A stretch of 64,000 bases of DNA, taken from positions 310,001-374,000 of the forward strand of contig JAHLTZ010000009.1 of assembly GCA_025786725.1 (NCBI GenBank), in the 5' to 3' direction. The translations under genes and the position numbers were made by a program. Shown here piece by piece: positions 15,192-30,276 of this stretch (the first letter of the stretch is position 1; each line of letters begins with the position of its first letter). The notes under the pieces were generated by a model that was given only the letters and a program-made list of their open reading frames with translations, had not been told where the DNA came from and searched no databases. This stretch comes from Syncephalis fuscata S228 (lineage: Eukaryota; Fungi; Zoopagomycota).

Positions 15192-15437
15192 GTCTTGATA
15201 AGTAGTTGTGGATGCAGATTGAGTAGTAGTGGCATGGATATAGCATGCTCGTGACTCCCAATGACCACTACACGAACGATAGGTCCGACTCCGGGTTAAT
15301 AAGCCGCCTAATTGACCGCGACGTGCAGCACTGGTCGCCACAGTTATCGCGGTTTTTGCTGTTCTATAAACATGACTGTTTACAGAATCCAATACGCGCC
15401 CGTATACTGATTCAATGTGTAATTGACGGTAAAACAT
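12298..15437 (-). CDS. MTO1: Mitochondrial tRNA uridine modification enzyme MTO1/GidA (MnmG), multi-exon
   Basis: [61 protein letters not shown]; TAG at 12298-12300; basic N-terminal presequence with poly-Ser. Confidence 0.95.
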
Positions 15438-16405
15438 CAGTTACAAAGTTAAACAATTGGTAGAGTAGCTCGGGCAGTCAACAATTACGGTTGTTTCAAT
15501 TGTTGCGTAAAATGTTTTTAAATGGTGTAAAACAATTTAGTATCGTTAGCTAATTAAAAATAAAATAAAAATTGTTTCGCTTATTGAAACCACTCATACA
15601 AAGTACACCCACCCAGACACAAATACAATACATTGTTGATACACACACACACAAATAAGTAGTTACTACATAGATACGGCAATGGCAATAGTAACAGTAA
15701 CCACAACTTATACCATAGGAAAATGGAGTACGAATTCCATGGTTTGCATTGGCGTGTTTATTAAGTATTTTATAACATTTTTTATTCTTTTTCACTCACT
15801 CTACTACTCACTCACTTACTCAGCCAGTCAGTTGTCAGTCACTTGCCGATACATACATAGTGACAATATCCACATATCGTAATAGATTACCATTTTAATA
15901 CACAAGTGAACAAAAAAAGAACAACAGAAACACAAACTAGAACCGAGTACTTCTTTTTTTGATGACGCATTAATCCTTGGTCTTGCTCTTTCTTCTTCTT
16001 CTTGCTTACGCTAGTTTAATAGCAACAGCAGTGAATGTTGTTACTTAGTTGTTTGCTTCAAGTCGTGTTTGATAACGAGCAGTGATCGTAGGTGCATAAG
16101 TAAGGTTCTAGAAAGTCTATTTTTACTCTCGATTGATTGCTTGCCTCTTGTTTACCTGCGCACGCCTGTCTTCGTGCTTACTCCACGTGTGTAGCCTTGA
16201 CATATACCATACACCATTTGTATGCGTGTAACTAGTCGTGCGTTTGGATGTTTGTGTAGCTTCACGTGTTTATAAACAGCATATACATAGTGAAATACTT
16301 TGTTGGTCATACCCTATATACTAGCTTCTTTCTTTCTTTTACTCCCCTATCTTTCTTTGTTTGCGTTAAAGCTTACTAACTAGTAGCTAGAAGACCAACT
16401 TTGGT

Positions 16406-18426
16406 ATGGCACTTCCAAATCCCGTTTGCCAGCGCCCGCCGGCTATTCCTATTGACATTCCGTCTTGGAATAGCTATGAGAATGCGCAATATCTTCGTAA
16501 ATACCCAAGGTAAATACCAGCAATAGTGTATGTTGTACTGTGGTGGTAGCGGTGGTAACGGTAATCCTTTGCCAAGTCTTGGCATAGATTACTTTTACAG
16601 TACGCATATACCCACCTACCCACCACACACACACACAATCGATATAGATGGATAAATAGACCAATACAATGATGGATGATAACACATGTTTGTGTATATT
16701 CATATATTTTAGTTCTCCGGGACTTGGCATACAAAATACTTTTGTTATTGTTACCGATGCACGCCGCTCGTCAACAGTCCATCAAGTAAGCGACGCGGCA
16801 GGCCAGGCACTCTGTACAGTTAAACGGGGTGGCCGTTTACGCCGTCGTCGGTTGCGCCGCGCTGTCACCACAAATGGCCAAGAGCTTAACTGGTCGCTGT
16901 ATATGCCCAAGGATTCAAAGGGCTTTCCTCGGTTTCTTTGGTGCGGTGGTAGAAAGAGTGAACGTAAAGATATGACATCACTCGTTCATTCTAGGGATAA
17001 CAGCCATAGTAATGCTATAGCGGCTGTTGTGGCCAATAATAACGGTTCTACCGTACAAGGTGGCCAAGCAATGGCAAATAATAGTAACACTAAGGATGGC
17101 TCTAGGTTGAGTTACGAGCCATTGAAACTTGGTACCACCTCGTTCAATCATCATAACAATAAGATGGCAAGCAGACTATCGTCACCTCTAACAAAGATTA
17201 CAAACAGTGGTAGCAGCAATGGTGAGATCAATGTATTCGATGAAGCCATTCTTGCATCAGCTACCGCTCATGGCCGTTCAATGTCTTCGAGTGGTGGACG
17301 TGGTAGTGTTGATTGCACAACACTATCATCCAATACGAGCCCGAACTTTATTAACGCCAGTAACAATTACTGTCCCTTGGGTATATCAAGTCAACAAGGT
17401 GTTAAGTTAAAGAAACGCAACAGTAAGCAGCAGCAACAACAACAGCAACAAGAAGACGAGCAGCAATTGTCGTCGATCCATTCAAATCCTTATAGTGATA
17501 CTCGAGAAATATTAATTGAGACGTGTTTTAAAGAATACATAAAGAACCTAACAAAAACACGTCTCGCAGGCGACAATAGTCCTAATAATGAAAACAATGA
17601 CAATAATAATAGTAATAACCATCGTCTATTATACTTTCATTGGAAGGCAGCTGAATATTCATGGCGTTGGAATCCTATGACACGTCGTCTCGACTGTTTA
17701 TGTACACGGGCTAATCACCAACATCATAGCAGCCATAATACCAGTAACCGTAATGCAAATCGATTCAGCTATATACCACCATTGTCCACGCCATTACGTA
17801 CACCACAAGCGGCCATGTCAACACCAAGTTTATCATTATCGGCCATGTCAACGCCTAGTTCGGTTAAATTGACTCTTAATCGTTCAAATGATAATACACC
17901 CAGTGGTACATCCACTCCGGCACGCCGTCCCACAAGCATGTTTATGCATCGAGAAAGTAGTAGTAGTAATAGTAGTAGTAGTGGTGGTGGCAGTAGTAAT
18001 AGCATTGTTGGTGGTCATGGCCATAAACGACGAAGTATGCCGGCATCGGCGGCCAATTCAACAATGATCATAGCATCGATTAGTCTACCTTCACCATCTA
18101 ATTGTACAACTACTTCGTTAGAATTTATTGGTGGACGATGCCATGATTTAGATCTTGAGCAAATGCTATTGCTAAGTTCTACACTGCTACTTGAACAATT
18201 GGCTCATATTGATTTAGCATCAATGACCAGTGCAACTTCCTCTCCCAATCCGCTCTCTTCTATCTCTTCAACTTCTCATCAGACCGTTAATAGCAGCGGT
18301 AGTATAATTGCCGATACTATGACTACTAATCGTAACACAAATACAGCTAATAATCGACGGCTGTCCTGGTTTACTACTTACCGTACGCAACGTCGTAAAT
18401 CCTCATGTGAAAGTGATGAAGTTTAA
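16406..18426 (+). CDS. Hypothetical low-complexity (Ser/Asn/Gln-rich) protein, 2 exons
   Basis: Exon 16406-16509 splices in frame through intron 16510-16712 into the 585-aa ORF. No family recognised. Confidence 0.65.
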
Positions 18427-19236
18427 TTGTCGTCATTGCTTTCATATCCTCTTTTTCTCCTCTTTCTCTCTTTTTCTCTCTATTTCCATCTCTCTACTGT
18501 AATAAATAGTATAATTACCACCCCCACTACGTCTATTATTATTGTCATCACTAAATTAGGCTAATGAATTATAGGAAATCAATCGAAACCGACCGAAATT
18601 CGCAAATCTTTTTCCAAACTATGATTGGTAAGTCTCAATTTATTAAATGGTAACACACACACACATTGACAATGTATGCCTTGTAGCCATGTGCAAATTC
18701 AATAAAATTATACACACGTATTTACACATGTACACACACACACACGCCCATATGCACAGATAACTAATAAACATACAAACAAACAAATAGATATATATAT
18801 ATAAATTGATAGATTAACACAGATGGTTTAAAAAACCATGCTTAAATTAATAAAAAAAGACAGCTTCGTTCTTCTTAAATACCAACCCGTATTTTCATCC
18901 ATCGTTATTGGTGTTATCATTAGTACTGTACTTACCCAATATTAACTTTGACTGTGCTCTTTCACAACTTACCCGTGCGTTCTTACTGTTTCATTGGCCT
19001 TGCCTTTTTCAACGAACGATAGCCATTAGCACCGCTTTACACTGCCCCATTCATTATACTGCTCGCTTACTTCATTCTCGACCAAGAAGTATTCGTTGTC
19101 TGCGTGCAGACCTGTCAACCAATACTACTTACCTCTACCACTACCACTATCACTGCTTCTTCTACCTCTACCTCTACCTCTGTCATCAACACCACTACTA
19201 CCGCTTTTCATCTTCATTTCGTTAGCGTGCTGTCCA

Positions 19237-19693
19237 ATGCTCGATTATAACGAAGAAATAACCGCAAGCACCGTTGACGATAGGGTCGTGACCGGTTTGG
19301 AGAAGCAGATGGAGGAATTACGCTCGCTTATTGGTAAGTAGTTATTACATTAGTATTAATATATATATATATTGAAGAAAACAAGCAAATAAGCTAGAAT
19401 ACAAATAGACTAGCTTGATATTAAATACTTGTACCACTTTGTATTAATACAATAGTAATTTATTGATAGAACGTATGGCTATTGGCTTTAACGCGCAAGA
19501 AGTACCTCAATCGGTGGATGACCATGACATCGATACGGAAGAGGCTGAGAGACGACTTGAAGTAGTTTACCAAGAGAACCAAAAACTACGCTATCAACTT
19601 GACCATTTGAAGGCAAATTATTTGAAATTACTTGCGTATCGTGATAGTCTTTGTGATCATCCACATCCTTCTACAGCTACTAGTAGCGTATAA
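19237..19693 (+). CDS. Small hypothetical coiled-coil protein
   Basis: MLDYNEEI..LEKQMEELRSLI, gtaagt donor at ~19334, then ERMAIG..RLEVVYQENQKLRYQLDHLK heptad pattern. Confidence 0.55.
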
Positions 19694-19895
19694 AAGCAAT
19701 CTATTGTTTATCTATTTAATTAGTGTGACATATATCTATATATAATAGTCATATCGATACGTTTAAATTGTGTATATGTATGTATTTATGTATATATTTA
19801 TATTTATAGACAATGGTCTCCCTTTTATTGTTATAACGATGATAATAATGACTATAATGATAGTAACAGTATGGCTGTAAACAGTCAAAACAAAC

Positions 19896-21034
19896 TTATT
19901 TACGAGCAAATGTAACACGTATAGGATGGCCTTCTTTGATCTGATAACGATGTAGTGCTTCCTTGGCCTCGGCAGCCTCATCTTCTGTCTCGTATTCCAC
20001 AAATGCAATATCAGGTCGGGTTGGCACAAGACGTACTTCTTTATAGCCAGGATATCTGCAAATATACGTGGTAGTATAGATTATTATTATTATTATTATT
20101 AGATTATTACGACATTTCTTATTCAATAATAAATCTACTTACTGTTGAAACAAGTTGACAAGTGTATCCTCGGTAATATCCACCGGTAGTTTTTGAATAT
20201 ATAGAATCTGGTTAGGTGGCAAGAATTCGTCTTGAATACCTGATGCATTGGCATAGCCACCTAATAATAATAATTATAAGTTATATAATTCATTGATTAT
20301 CTATGTATTTGTCTATTATAATTTACCTTGGGTTGAGTCGCGATTTTGTAACGTTTGCTTTTTACGTGGCTGTTCTTGGGCACGTCGTGCTATATTTATT
20401 ATTAATATTGTTGTTGACATTATTATTATTATTATTATTATTATTGCTATATTTACCTTTCTCTTCTTCTCGCTCTCGTTTGTAAGTATCATAATTATCT
20501 TGTAATTTGGCTACTGTATCCGATCGATTACGTGCATAGGCAATTACCTAAATGAACGCGTCAATGTATAAGCATAAAGATTATTGTCTTGCTATAAACA
20601 CATCCTACTTACCATCGGTTTGTTATAAAGTGGGAAGCCCTGTACTTCTTTTAAAGCTTTTGTCGCACTATCAAGTTCCTTAAAAACAATGAATGCTTGG
20701 CCTCGCATACGAACGTATTTTTTTACATGTACTTCATGCAATGCACCATATCGTTCAAATAGCGTTTCCAGCGATGTTTTTAATGCTATCGCGATTCATT
20801 AACGCGTCAACACGCTATATACACGATGCTACGTATAGCGTCCTACTTACCCGATAGCTTGACTCGTTCGTTTAGATTTTTAATATAAAGTGTATGATTA
20901 GGCGTGCCTAGCGTGGCTGGATCGGCCGTACTCGTAGGATTGGCCGATTCTTCAGGGATCGCCGCACCATCTGCGTGCAACATCGTGGCTGCAACAGGTG
21001 CATGCGAGGCAATTGATGCAGAAGAAGAATCCAT
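19896..21034 (-). CDS. U1A/U2B'' (SNF-like) spliceosomal two-RRM protein
   Basis: PNHTLYIKNLNERVK, MRGQAFIVF, PPNQILYIQKLP, YPGYKEVRLVP..DIAFVEYE, IRVTFARK. Confidence 0.92.
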
Positions 21035-21141
21035 ATTATAAGAAAAGAAGAGGAAAAAGAATGGAGTAGTAAGAGAAAGGAATCGTGGAGTAGAAGTGTA
21101 AAAATGTAAATAGTTAACAAATCACTACTATTACTATTTAC

Positions 21142-21172
<31 letters not shown>

Positions 21173-21184
21173 GAATACTCTTTA

Positions 21185-22687
21185 TTAAGCAGCCCAAACA
21201 ACAAGACGACCATCAACACCAGAAGTCGAAAATTCCGATACAACATCTCCTGCTTGACGGAATGCTCGTACCATTCTATTAGTAAATACATAGTAATTAG
21301 TATTAATTAAAAGTATTACGTATATATTATTTACAACACTTACGTAATGGTATTTTGATGGAGCGTGTTCAATTCTGTATTGCCTTCGGATGAATTCTTA
21401 CTGGTAATACCGCGACTATCCATTTGCTTAAACATATTAAATGCGCTATTGGTATTTGCGGCCTTTTTGGCCTGTTTGGCGTCTAATGCTTTAATAAATT
21501 GCCTACACAATAGTATGTGAATTTGATAAGTTTCATTCAATGGTTTAGCAACTAATTTACCATTGATCGCCTTGGCCTTCAAAGAAAGCTGGCGCGCAGT
21601 CATGTCCAGCAGCTACCAAACGAGTCTCGTTAATCCAAACAAGCGATAGATAAGGCAAACGATCCGTTGGAATCGTTGTTACAACACCGGTGCTTGGATA
21701 GGCAAGTGTTATACAAGCATCGTGGCCTAGTATAGAGTATACTATAGGTAACCAGGTTATAGATGTATAGCTAAGCTTACCGGCAAACGCCAAAGCATCT
21801 CCGCTGGGCGAGAATGCTACACTATGGATCCAGCCGCCAGATGGATTTGTATATTCCGCGCATATGGTATTAAATGGCAATTTCTCGCCCCAGGGTGATG
21901 ATGGTGGTCTATTAACGGCCATTATTAGTTATCCATAGAACATAAATAATATAACATACTTTTTGTCTACACCTTTAATATAGGCAGATAATACGTAGGC
22001 CTGTAATAAAAACAGTATAATTAACAAGTAGATTTACAATTAATGTCCACTTACACGCATATCCGAACTACCAACGGCTAATAGCACATTGTTAGGATGC
22101 CAATCGACGCTCAACACTGTGGAGCGAATCGGCTTCTTTAGATGCTTAGACACCCACCAATCGTTGTCTTCTTCAAAGTAGCAAATAGATACACAGCGTG
22201 CGCCACTGGCCACGGCAAACTTATCTTCGCGTGGACTCCAGCGAACATGGGTGGCCGCGCGATTAACACGCAACAATACAAGTGTAGGCTTCCAAGCGCC
22301 AGTGGCCTCTTGGGTCCATACGTAGGCATTTCTATCCTGCGAGCAAGTTACAATACGATTGGTTTCGGGAGCCCAATCAATGCCGGTCACCAATTCATCA
22401 TGCTACGGTTATCAAGTCAGCCACGATGTAAACAAGGCGTATAAATAAGCGTATACTTGCCTCGGTTAGTTTAGTAAGTAGTGTCCAGTTGCTAGTATCG
22501 TAGATGTGCACGTCACTTGTCTCCAGGCAAACAGCAACCTCTATAGAAGACAATTCAAGCAAGATGCAAGGATTGGTTGGTTGGCTCACTGGCTAGACGG
22601 TCAAGACGACTACTTACGACTGCGGTCTTTGTTGTACGCGTGGGCAGCAATACCAAAGGGGAATAGATGCTCAGCAATGCTGGTCAT
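21185..22687 (-). CDS. ARPC1: Arp2/3 complex WD40 subunit ARPC1/Arc40
   Basis: [83 protein letters not shown]. Confidence 0.96.
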
Positions 22688-22971
22688 CTTGACTATAATG
22701 AAATACGGATAAAAGAAATGTCGAGCTTGACAAGGAGAGTATAAAGACGGTGTGCGTGTGTGTGTTAAGAATAAGCGGTTTTGAAGAATAAGTGTTGGAT
22801 GACGCGGATCCTAACACGCTTGGTCGTTATGATGCCAATTTTTAATAAACAGTTAATTAACTGTTGCTGCTACACTTTAAATTGGTGCATCTTGTTGATC
22901 AGCACAAATTTGATTATTTATTATTGTAATATATTAATCGTGTAGCTAATTGCTTATTAAATACAGTATGA

Positions 22972-24038
22972 TTATCTGGAGCCAATTGCACCTTTTGTTA
23001 ATAATGAAATTGAGGCCCAATCAGCATCATTATTATCCTGTCGGTTGCTGTCAGTCGAAGGGTGGTTATGCGGTGCATCCTCTGGCTTAATGTGCTGAGA
23101 AAGTTCGTTTGCTGACAATTTTGAGGATTCAGCCGTCTTGCGCATGTTACAACAATGGTCTACTAACACGCTTGTTGTAATCACCCTAAATATAAGTTAG
23201 TAATAGCAGGTATATCGTAATCAGCAACTTACCAATCAGTAAGGAAAAACATTTCTGAAATGTTGCCACCAAGTCGAAACATAATAATAAGGCCACAGAT
23301 AATATTACATAAAATTACGATGGACATGGTTTGAATACCGTCACGAGCCATACGTTTCCACGCTTTTGAGCCGTATTTTTGATACTGCTTGTAAGCCACA
23401 TAACTAAAAATGCCAGAAAAGAATGCGTTAAGTGGCACGGCTGAACCAAACCAGTACACTGGCAAGAAAGTAGGATAGTTAACAACACAGCCGCTTGCAG
23501 AGTTTAGAGTTATTGGACTAAGCATCCATGCAATGTACATGTAGCCCAGTTGCGGTAACATAAACAACCCGCCTACAATTAATACCCAGCGTGGTCGACA
23601 TAGCACTAGGTAGGCTTTTTGAAGCAGAATAACACTATTGCACAGCAAAGAGAATGTAATAGCGAATCCGACATACCAAGCTATCTTTCGACAGGTCAAG
23701 CCTGTAGGAAATAATGATAATGCTGCAATGATGCCAACGAGCATGCCAAAGAGTGAAGGCAGTAGGCAGCACCAGCCTGGAAGTGTTCGGATGCGCATCA
23801 TCACCATTTTTCTAGCAATATTAAAGTTGCGTATAAATATACTGGAAAGTAAAATATTAAATATTAATTGGTGATATAATCCCTGTAGACGTGCGCGGAC
23901 TTGATCGGCATTATTTGGATCTCTTAATACAAAATCCCCTATATCCATCTCGCCCAATGGATGTAAAGGTATGCTCCATAGCCGAGTGGCATTTGCCTCC
24001 CATCCTTCTCTGGGTGATGCGCTATCTTCATAGTCCAT
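22972..24038 (-). CDS. 7TM/GPCR-like membrane protein, lineage-expanded family
   Basis: WEANATRLWSIPLHPLGE, GWCCLLP, LQKAY, FSYVAYKQYQKYGSKAWKRMARDGIQTM, FLTDW followed by the conserved intron. Confidence 0.85.
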
Positions 24039-25383
24039 CAAAATAAATATGGAGTAAATGATTGAATACAAAAAGAATATTAGCAAGTGGGCCAAGCGGA
24101 AGAAGAGACTATTAGGTGCGAGATCAACAGGTAGAGGGTGGGCCGCATACTGGCATTTGTTAAAAGTAAGCAGGTTTTTGTGCTTTGATTGCAGTATAAC
24201 AGATTATATAAATGGTAATAGCAAGTAGACAATGGCATTGTACATGTGGTTTCGCGTGGTTTAAGTTTACCCGAAAATGATGCAGTGATCATACCGGAAT
24301 TGCCAAATCGCCTCTATATTGATTAATAATAAACTGCATATTTAAATACTGTACACTTTGAATATCTAAATATCTTATTAACACTGCTAATATCTAGAAA
24401 GTGTTGGTGTATGTTTTGCACTCTTTGCAATGATATTGATGGTTTAAAATAGTTGAATAGGTCTAGCCTGCTGTCTTGTCCATTTTATATTAATTCGGCA
24501 AATAGCAAAGGCTTTAGCTTGCCCTGGCATTTCGGTTACACGCCGTTTGGCCGTTTCAATTAAACTGCTCTAATAATACCTATGAAATGACAAATCAACA
24601 AAAATAGCAACATTTCTACATTGCTAAATCTGGCACCGTGTTGCGTTAATAGCGTTAGATGGTAAAAGACAGCAAAAGATATAATAATAACAGAGATCAT
24701 AAAATGGTATTTGTTAAATGCTCAATTTCCTTTTATAGTAATAACAATTAATTTTTACAACTCCGACAGGAAGTGCTAACAACGGCACATCAGTATCGGT
24801 GATGTAAAGGATATCCGCAAGTGTAACACGGTCTTTTTTCTTTTACGTTTTCTACACAGTACTTTACGCTATGAATCTCGACGCGGAAAAGTCATTATTG
24901 CAAGTAAGTTTAGTACGTGCTATTTTGTAATGAATACAAACGCATTGTAGAAACTATTAAATCCAGCTTCTGGTTCAAACACGTTGTCGCGTGATTCTTT
25001 GGTTCAAAGGCCAGCTGAACCCACGCCACGCGCAACCAATCCCTTTGCCGTACAAACTGGTTCAGTAATAAGAATAGCGTCGCTAACCCAGGTGGAAACT
25101 TTAATGCGCCGCTCAGTCTATTGACAAGCCAACAGCCACTTGCGGCATTGCATTCAACAAGTAAAACACCAGCAAAGATGTTCAAGACAACATGTCTATA
25201 GACTTTTGCTTATTTGGCCAACAAAATTGTCTCGATCAAAGCGAGCAACAGATTTCCTCCTATGGATATTACGCAAAATAAGATGGCATTATCATATAAT
25301 CAGCAACATGAAAGCACCAGTACACATAGGTTGAAAAAAATACGCGTTTCCCAGTCGCAGTAGCTATAAAATCAAGCGAAGGT

Positions 25384-27145
25384 ATGAGTACCAAGTATTC
25401 ATTGAAAAAAGATGCGCAGAAAACAGCATTAGATACTAAGCGTGTAAGCACGGGCAAATACAACATTGAAGCATGCAATACCGGCAAGGTTGATAAAATA
25501 GCAAAATGTATTACAATTTCAAATGATGAAGATGACGTGTATAGCAGCGCGGATAAAGATAAAATAATGTACATTTATAATAGCCATGATAGTGATAATG
25601 ATAATGATAGCGATGACAATAATAGCGAAAACAGCTATGCTAATAGCAACGAGGACAGCGATGCTAATAACGAGGATAGCAATGATGACGACGAAGATGA
25701 CGACGAAGATGAAGAAGATAATATTGACGACAATTATTATGCTTATAACAACCATTACACTGGCGAGACAAACAGTGTTCAAGACTCTATCTTAGAACTT
25801 TACGCACCATGGCTAACTAGAGACGCAACTCAAGTAAGTTATTTTATAGTAAATAAATATTTAATAGCTAAATAAATATTTATAGACGCCAGAAACACTT
25901 GAAAAGTTTTATAAGGTAGTCAGCTGTACAATTGCAGCCATTATTGCTAATAAGACATTAATAGATTAAGCTAGAAGGTTTTGGCTGGGGATTACCTATA
26001 AAAACTCAAGTACTTTCGTCCAAACATTTCGATTTTGAATATGAATCAAACATTGAGATGCAATCATTGATACATTTTATTCAAAATGGTATATTGGACA
26101 GCCAAACTGCAGTTGACTCTAAAGTAAAACAGCTTGCCGGCCTACATTATTGGCAATATCCTGCAGAACAGCCTTCACCAGCACAATCCATGGCTGTTCT
26201 CCAGGGAATGGCGGGAGGCCAAAAGACAAACGATTTTATTAAAGTCAAGGTGAAACGACTGGAAGCAGCAAAAGTAACATGGCAAGTTTGCAAACGTTGA
26301 CGAATAATAACATGCTTATAGAATGTATTTAATTAGGTGGCGTGCCTTTGACACATTAATTACACACTATAAGACGAATGAAAACTCATATTTCTACTAC
26401 ATAGGCAGGCATATGACAGTTTTATTTTCGGCAAATAAGTCTTTATTGCAAGACTGCCTTGCAGCTCATGGCGTTCGCTACATGGTGGCATTGGTTACGA
26501 CGCATGCTACTGGTCTTGCTAACTATTTACAGAAACATGGTATGTTTTTCTTTTCTTTTTTGGATCAGCTGCATATTGACACAAAATATAGATATCAATT
26601 ACAGAAGACTGGAGAAAGAAAGTGGATCGGAGGCCTTTCGGCCAGCTCGGTAAATTAAGTTAAAAAAATAATCCGCTTAAAGTACTTATTGTTGTATTTT
26701 GGCATAGGCGGAATTCCAACAATGAAGAACTATTGCTGGTAGATGACTTAGACTCTCTTGAAAGTCTTATTGATCTAGCCCATGAATGGGACGCGCACCC
26801 AAGCTATGCCCGACAGTCATGTCTTCCACACCTTGTGTCGCCGATACCATTTTTAAACGCATCTATTGGAAAAGCTCAGGTGAGTTTGTTACAGATTCAT
26901 ATGAATTGTATTAACACCTACGTGTTTACAACTAGATCGGAGACGAAAAGACGGTCCTGAATCGCCAGGATGGTAAAGAGATACGGTGTTATCGACTTGA
27001 GCTAGACGGTATTATTTTGCCAACGGGCCTAAAACAATTTACACGTGGGCTAATGACCACTAACACCGACGTTGAGGTACGGCGTCAATTACTGGCGGAA
27101 ACGGTTTTATGTGATGCATTACCTGTGGCATCCAGTACATTATAA
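25384..27145 (+). CDS. Hypothetical multi-exon protein with Asp/Asn-rich acidic N-terminus; 3' end uncertain
   Basis: Series of coding-like exons separated by GT-AG introns (e.g. GLHYWQYP, WRAFDTLITHYK). No family recognised. Confidence 0.5.
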
Positions 27146-28102
27146 CTGGTTTATTAAACATCGTCCCCAACCAATATTTTGTGTAATGTTTCCTTATATA
27201 CCAATTAGTTGTGCTTTGAACAAGACATTGTTTGTATAGTCGCTATTATGCCACAATAATCAATTGCAGCTTATTTACTATACCAACGACTTTAATTATC
27301 AATAATCCTAAATCACAAAATGTCCTATAATTCATAACTGGGCTTGGCTTTATTAATATTGTACTACGCTTGCCGTGTCTTTTTCCATAGCTTACAATAA
27401 ACATCAGGGCACTGATGTCATAGCGTAATTGTTCGTGATACGCGCCATTCACGTGGCGGTACCAACCATGCTTCTGTATTTGCTATAATGAATTAAAAAA
27501 GTAATAATTTAACCACACATGCTAGTACAGTAATACATGTCTAACATTCAGATAGTTATGAAGTCTGCCACATAACCTAATAGTCGTTATTTTATTATTA
27601 TTGTTTTTGTTGTTATTATTATTGTTGCTATTGTTGTTATTTCAATCGACTTGTTATGATTCTGATAGAATCATCGATTATTGGACACTAGTAACCGCGT
27701 CGGATGGTTGAATGAGGCCTATTGCCATAATTGTCGAACTGGCACCTCATATTTTGAAAACGAGTAAATTGATCGTATAAAATACCAAAATTAAGCAAAC
27801 ACGCGTGGCACACCTACCCAATGTGGTGTTGTAGTGGCAAATCAACAAGGAGTTTCAAACAACGCTCTATAGTGAATGGCGGATCCCTACATCACGCCAT
27901 AATAGTTTTTTTTCATGGTGAAGGTAGTAAAAAGTCACACAAAGACCATATGATCGTGCGACGTGATACTCACTTGCCTCCACATCTAAAGCCGCGGCGC
28001 TAATGAATCTCCGTACCTCCTTACCGTTGCTGGTTTTAAAATAGAAGGTGTTCAAGCATCTTCCACTTTTACTTATTTTTTGCCCCGTCGCTAATTTTCA
28101 CC

Positions 28103-30276
28103 ATGATTCGTCTTTTAATGAAATTATCTTTTACTCTTTTATTAACGCAATATGTGCAATTTGGTCTGGGCGAATCGTTCGGTGGCGATGTATCCTCTAT
28201 ACTTGATAAAATGGCACCCGTCATCAAAATCCAAGAATATCTTGACCGTAATACACAATCGCTAAGAGACGATCACCCAGCACTTATTGTATCCACAGAA
28301 TATGGCCGTGTACGCGGCCGACCCAACCTAACTGTTCGTGAGCGATTTTTGGAGATTTTTGGCCGTGACAAATTTATCGCTAGCCACCCACGTGTTTTTG
28401 CCGGGTATGTTATCTGCTCAAAATATCAATTAGATCGCAGCTAATAACCATTTGATGTAGAATACCATTTGCAGCACCTCCAGTCGGTAATCTAAGATTT
28501 GAGCCTCCTGCTCCTTTCAATGATACATGGGGTGGTATTGATGCCAGTGGCAAACCATATGGTGCAATTCGCGATGCAATTAGCTATCCTAATGACTGCC
28601 CACAACATTTTCTTTCTCTTGGTCGATCTGAGGACTGCCTTTATCTTAACATTTTTGTGCCGCCTGCCGATAAAATAGCAGCTGACAAACCGCTACCTGT
28701 ACTTTTCTACGTGTTTGGCGGTGCGTTTGCCTTTGGTGGCTCATATTCATTCGACTTTTACAATGGTCGATTTCTTACCGAGCACAAAGATGTAATCGTT
28801 GTGACATCTAACCATCGTACAAATGCTTTTGGCTTTTTTACAACCGACGAAGTACGCGGCAATGCTGCTATTGAAGACCAACGAGCGGCTATGCTTTGGG
28901 TAAAGCGAAATATTCGTGCTTTTGGCGGTGATCCCGATAACATTACACTATTCGGTTTTAGCTCAGGTGCAACCTCGGTCGGTATTCATTTGACCTCACC
29001 GAGAACACCGCCCAATCTATTTAAAAATGCTATTATGCAATCGAATCCGTTTGGCATTCGAATGCGTAGTAAAGAACAAATCCGTGCCTCAAGTGTCGAG
29101 CTAGCAGAGCTTGTGGGTTGCAAAAATAGCGACGGCAAAGTTGATATGGCTTGCATGCGAAGCAAGCCATGGAATACTATCATTGATGCCATGGGGCATG
29201 CGCCAGATGGAAAGCAAGTTGGAACTTCTCCGTTGTCAGATCCATTTGCATGGTGGGCCTCCATTGACGGCTACAATGTTGTTGAAAATCCACGTACAGC
29301 ATTCCAAAACGGACATTTCAACAAAAATGTCCCAGTAATTTTGGGAAATACACAGTAAGTAATAGTAACAATACTTTAATTCAGTATAATCCATTTGGAT
29401 ACTAACTTATTAATTTATCAACTAATAAGGGACGAACTTGGTTTTTGGGTATTACAAATGTTATACAAGCCTGGTTCACCTGGCGCAGCCAAATTATTTG
29501 GTTTGAATGGTTACGAAAAACAAATGGAAACCATATTTAAAAACACTACAGCTGAAGTAAGTATCATCCACTAGTTATTGACCATGTTATTAACAACAAC
29601 TAAAGGTTAGAAACCAGTATCCAATTGATGTCGATGTGAATAAAAACATAGACAGCTACATCAGACTCGGTACTGACTACGAGTTTTTGTGTCCGAGTGA
29701 TGACGTAAGTTGAAGTATATATGTATTTGCCGTTGTATAGGATGCTAAATTTTACTTTAGGTGGCCAAAGCTATCACACGTCACGGTGGCCAGGCCTATG
29801 TTTATTATTTTTCACAAGCAGGAATATTCCCGCCCATTGGTTAGTAATGTTACATTATTATAATCAGCTATAACTAACTTTATGTACAGGTGTTTGTAGG
29901 GGTCGCACATGCCACTCTGTTGACTTAACGTATACGTGGCGTGCGCCATTCTATTTCTTTATGAGCAAAAAACAAGAGCGTCTTTCTGACCATTGGATTT
30001 CTTATTACACGAATTTCGCCACTACTGGCAATCCAAATAAAGGACCAAGCATCGAGGTAGACATGGAAGATCCGGAGTTTAAATCGCTATTGCCAACCTG
30101 GCCAGCATATAGCATTAATGAGCCACTCTATCAACATCTTGCTGATACTGTGCAGCCTATATCGCCGCCACATCAAAAATCTTGTGCTTTTTGGGTAAGT
30201 AATAAATGCAACACATGCTTATAAGCTATATTTAACATTATAATGCACGCAGAACCAAGTTGGCTACCGATTTTAA
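28103..30276 (+). CDS. Secreted type-B carboxylesterase/lipase (alpha/beta hydrolase)
   Basis: Signal peptide; IPFAAPPVGNLRF, SEDCLYLNIF, FGGDPDNITLFGFSSGA (GxSxG), NTQDE (Glu), TCHSVDL (His); TAA at 30274-30276. Confidence 0.93.
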
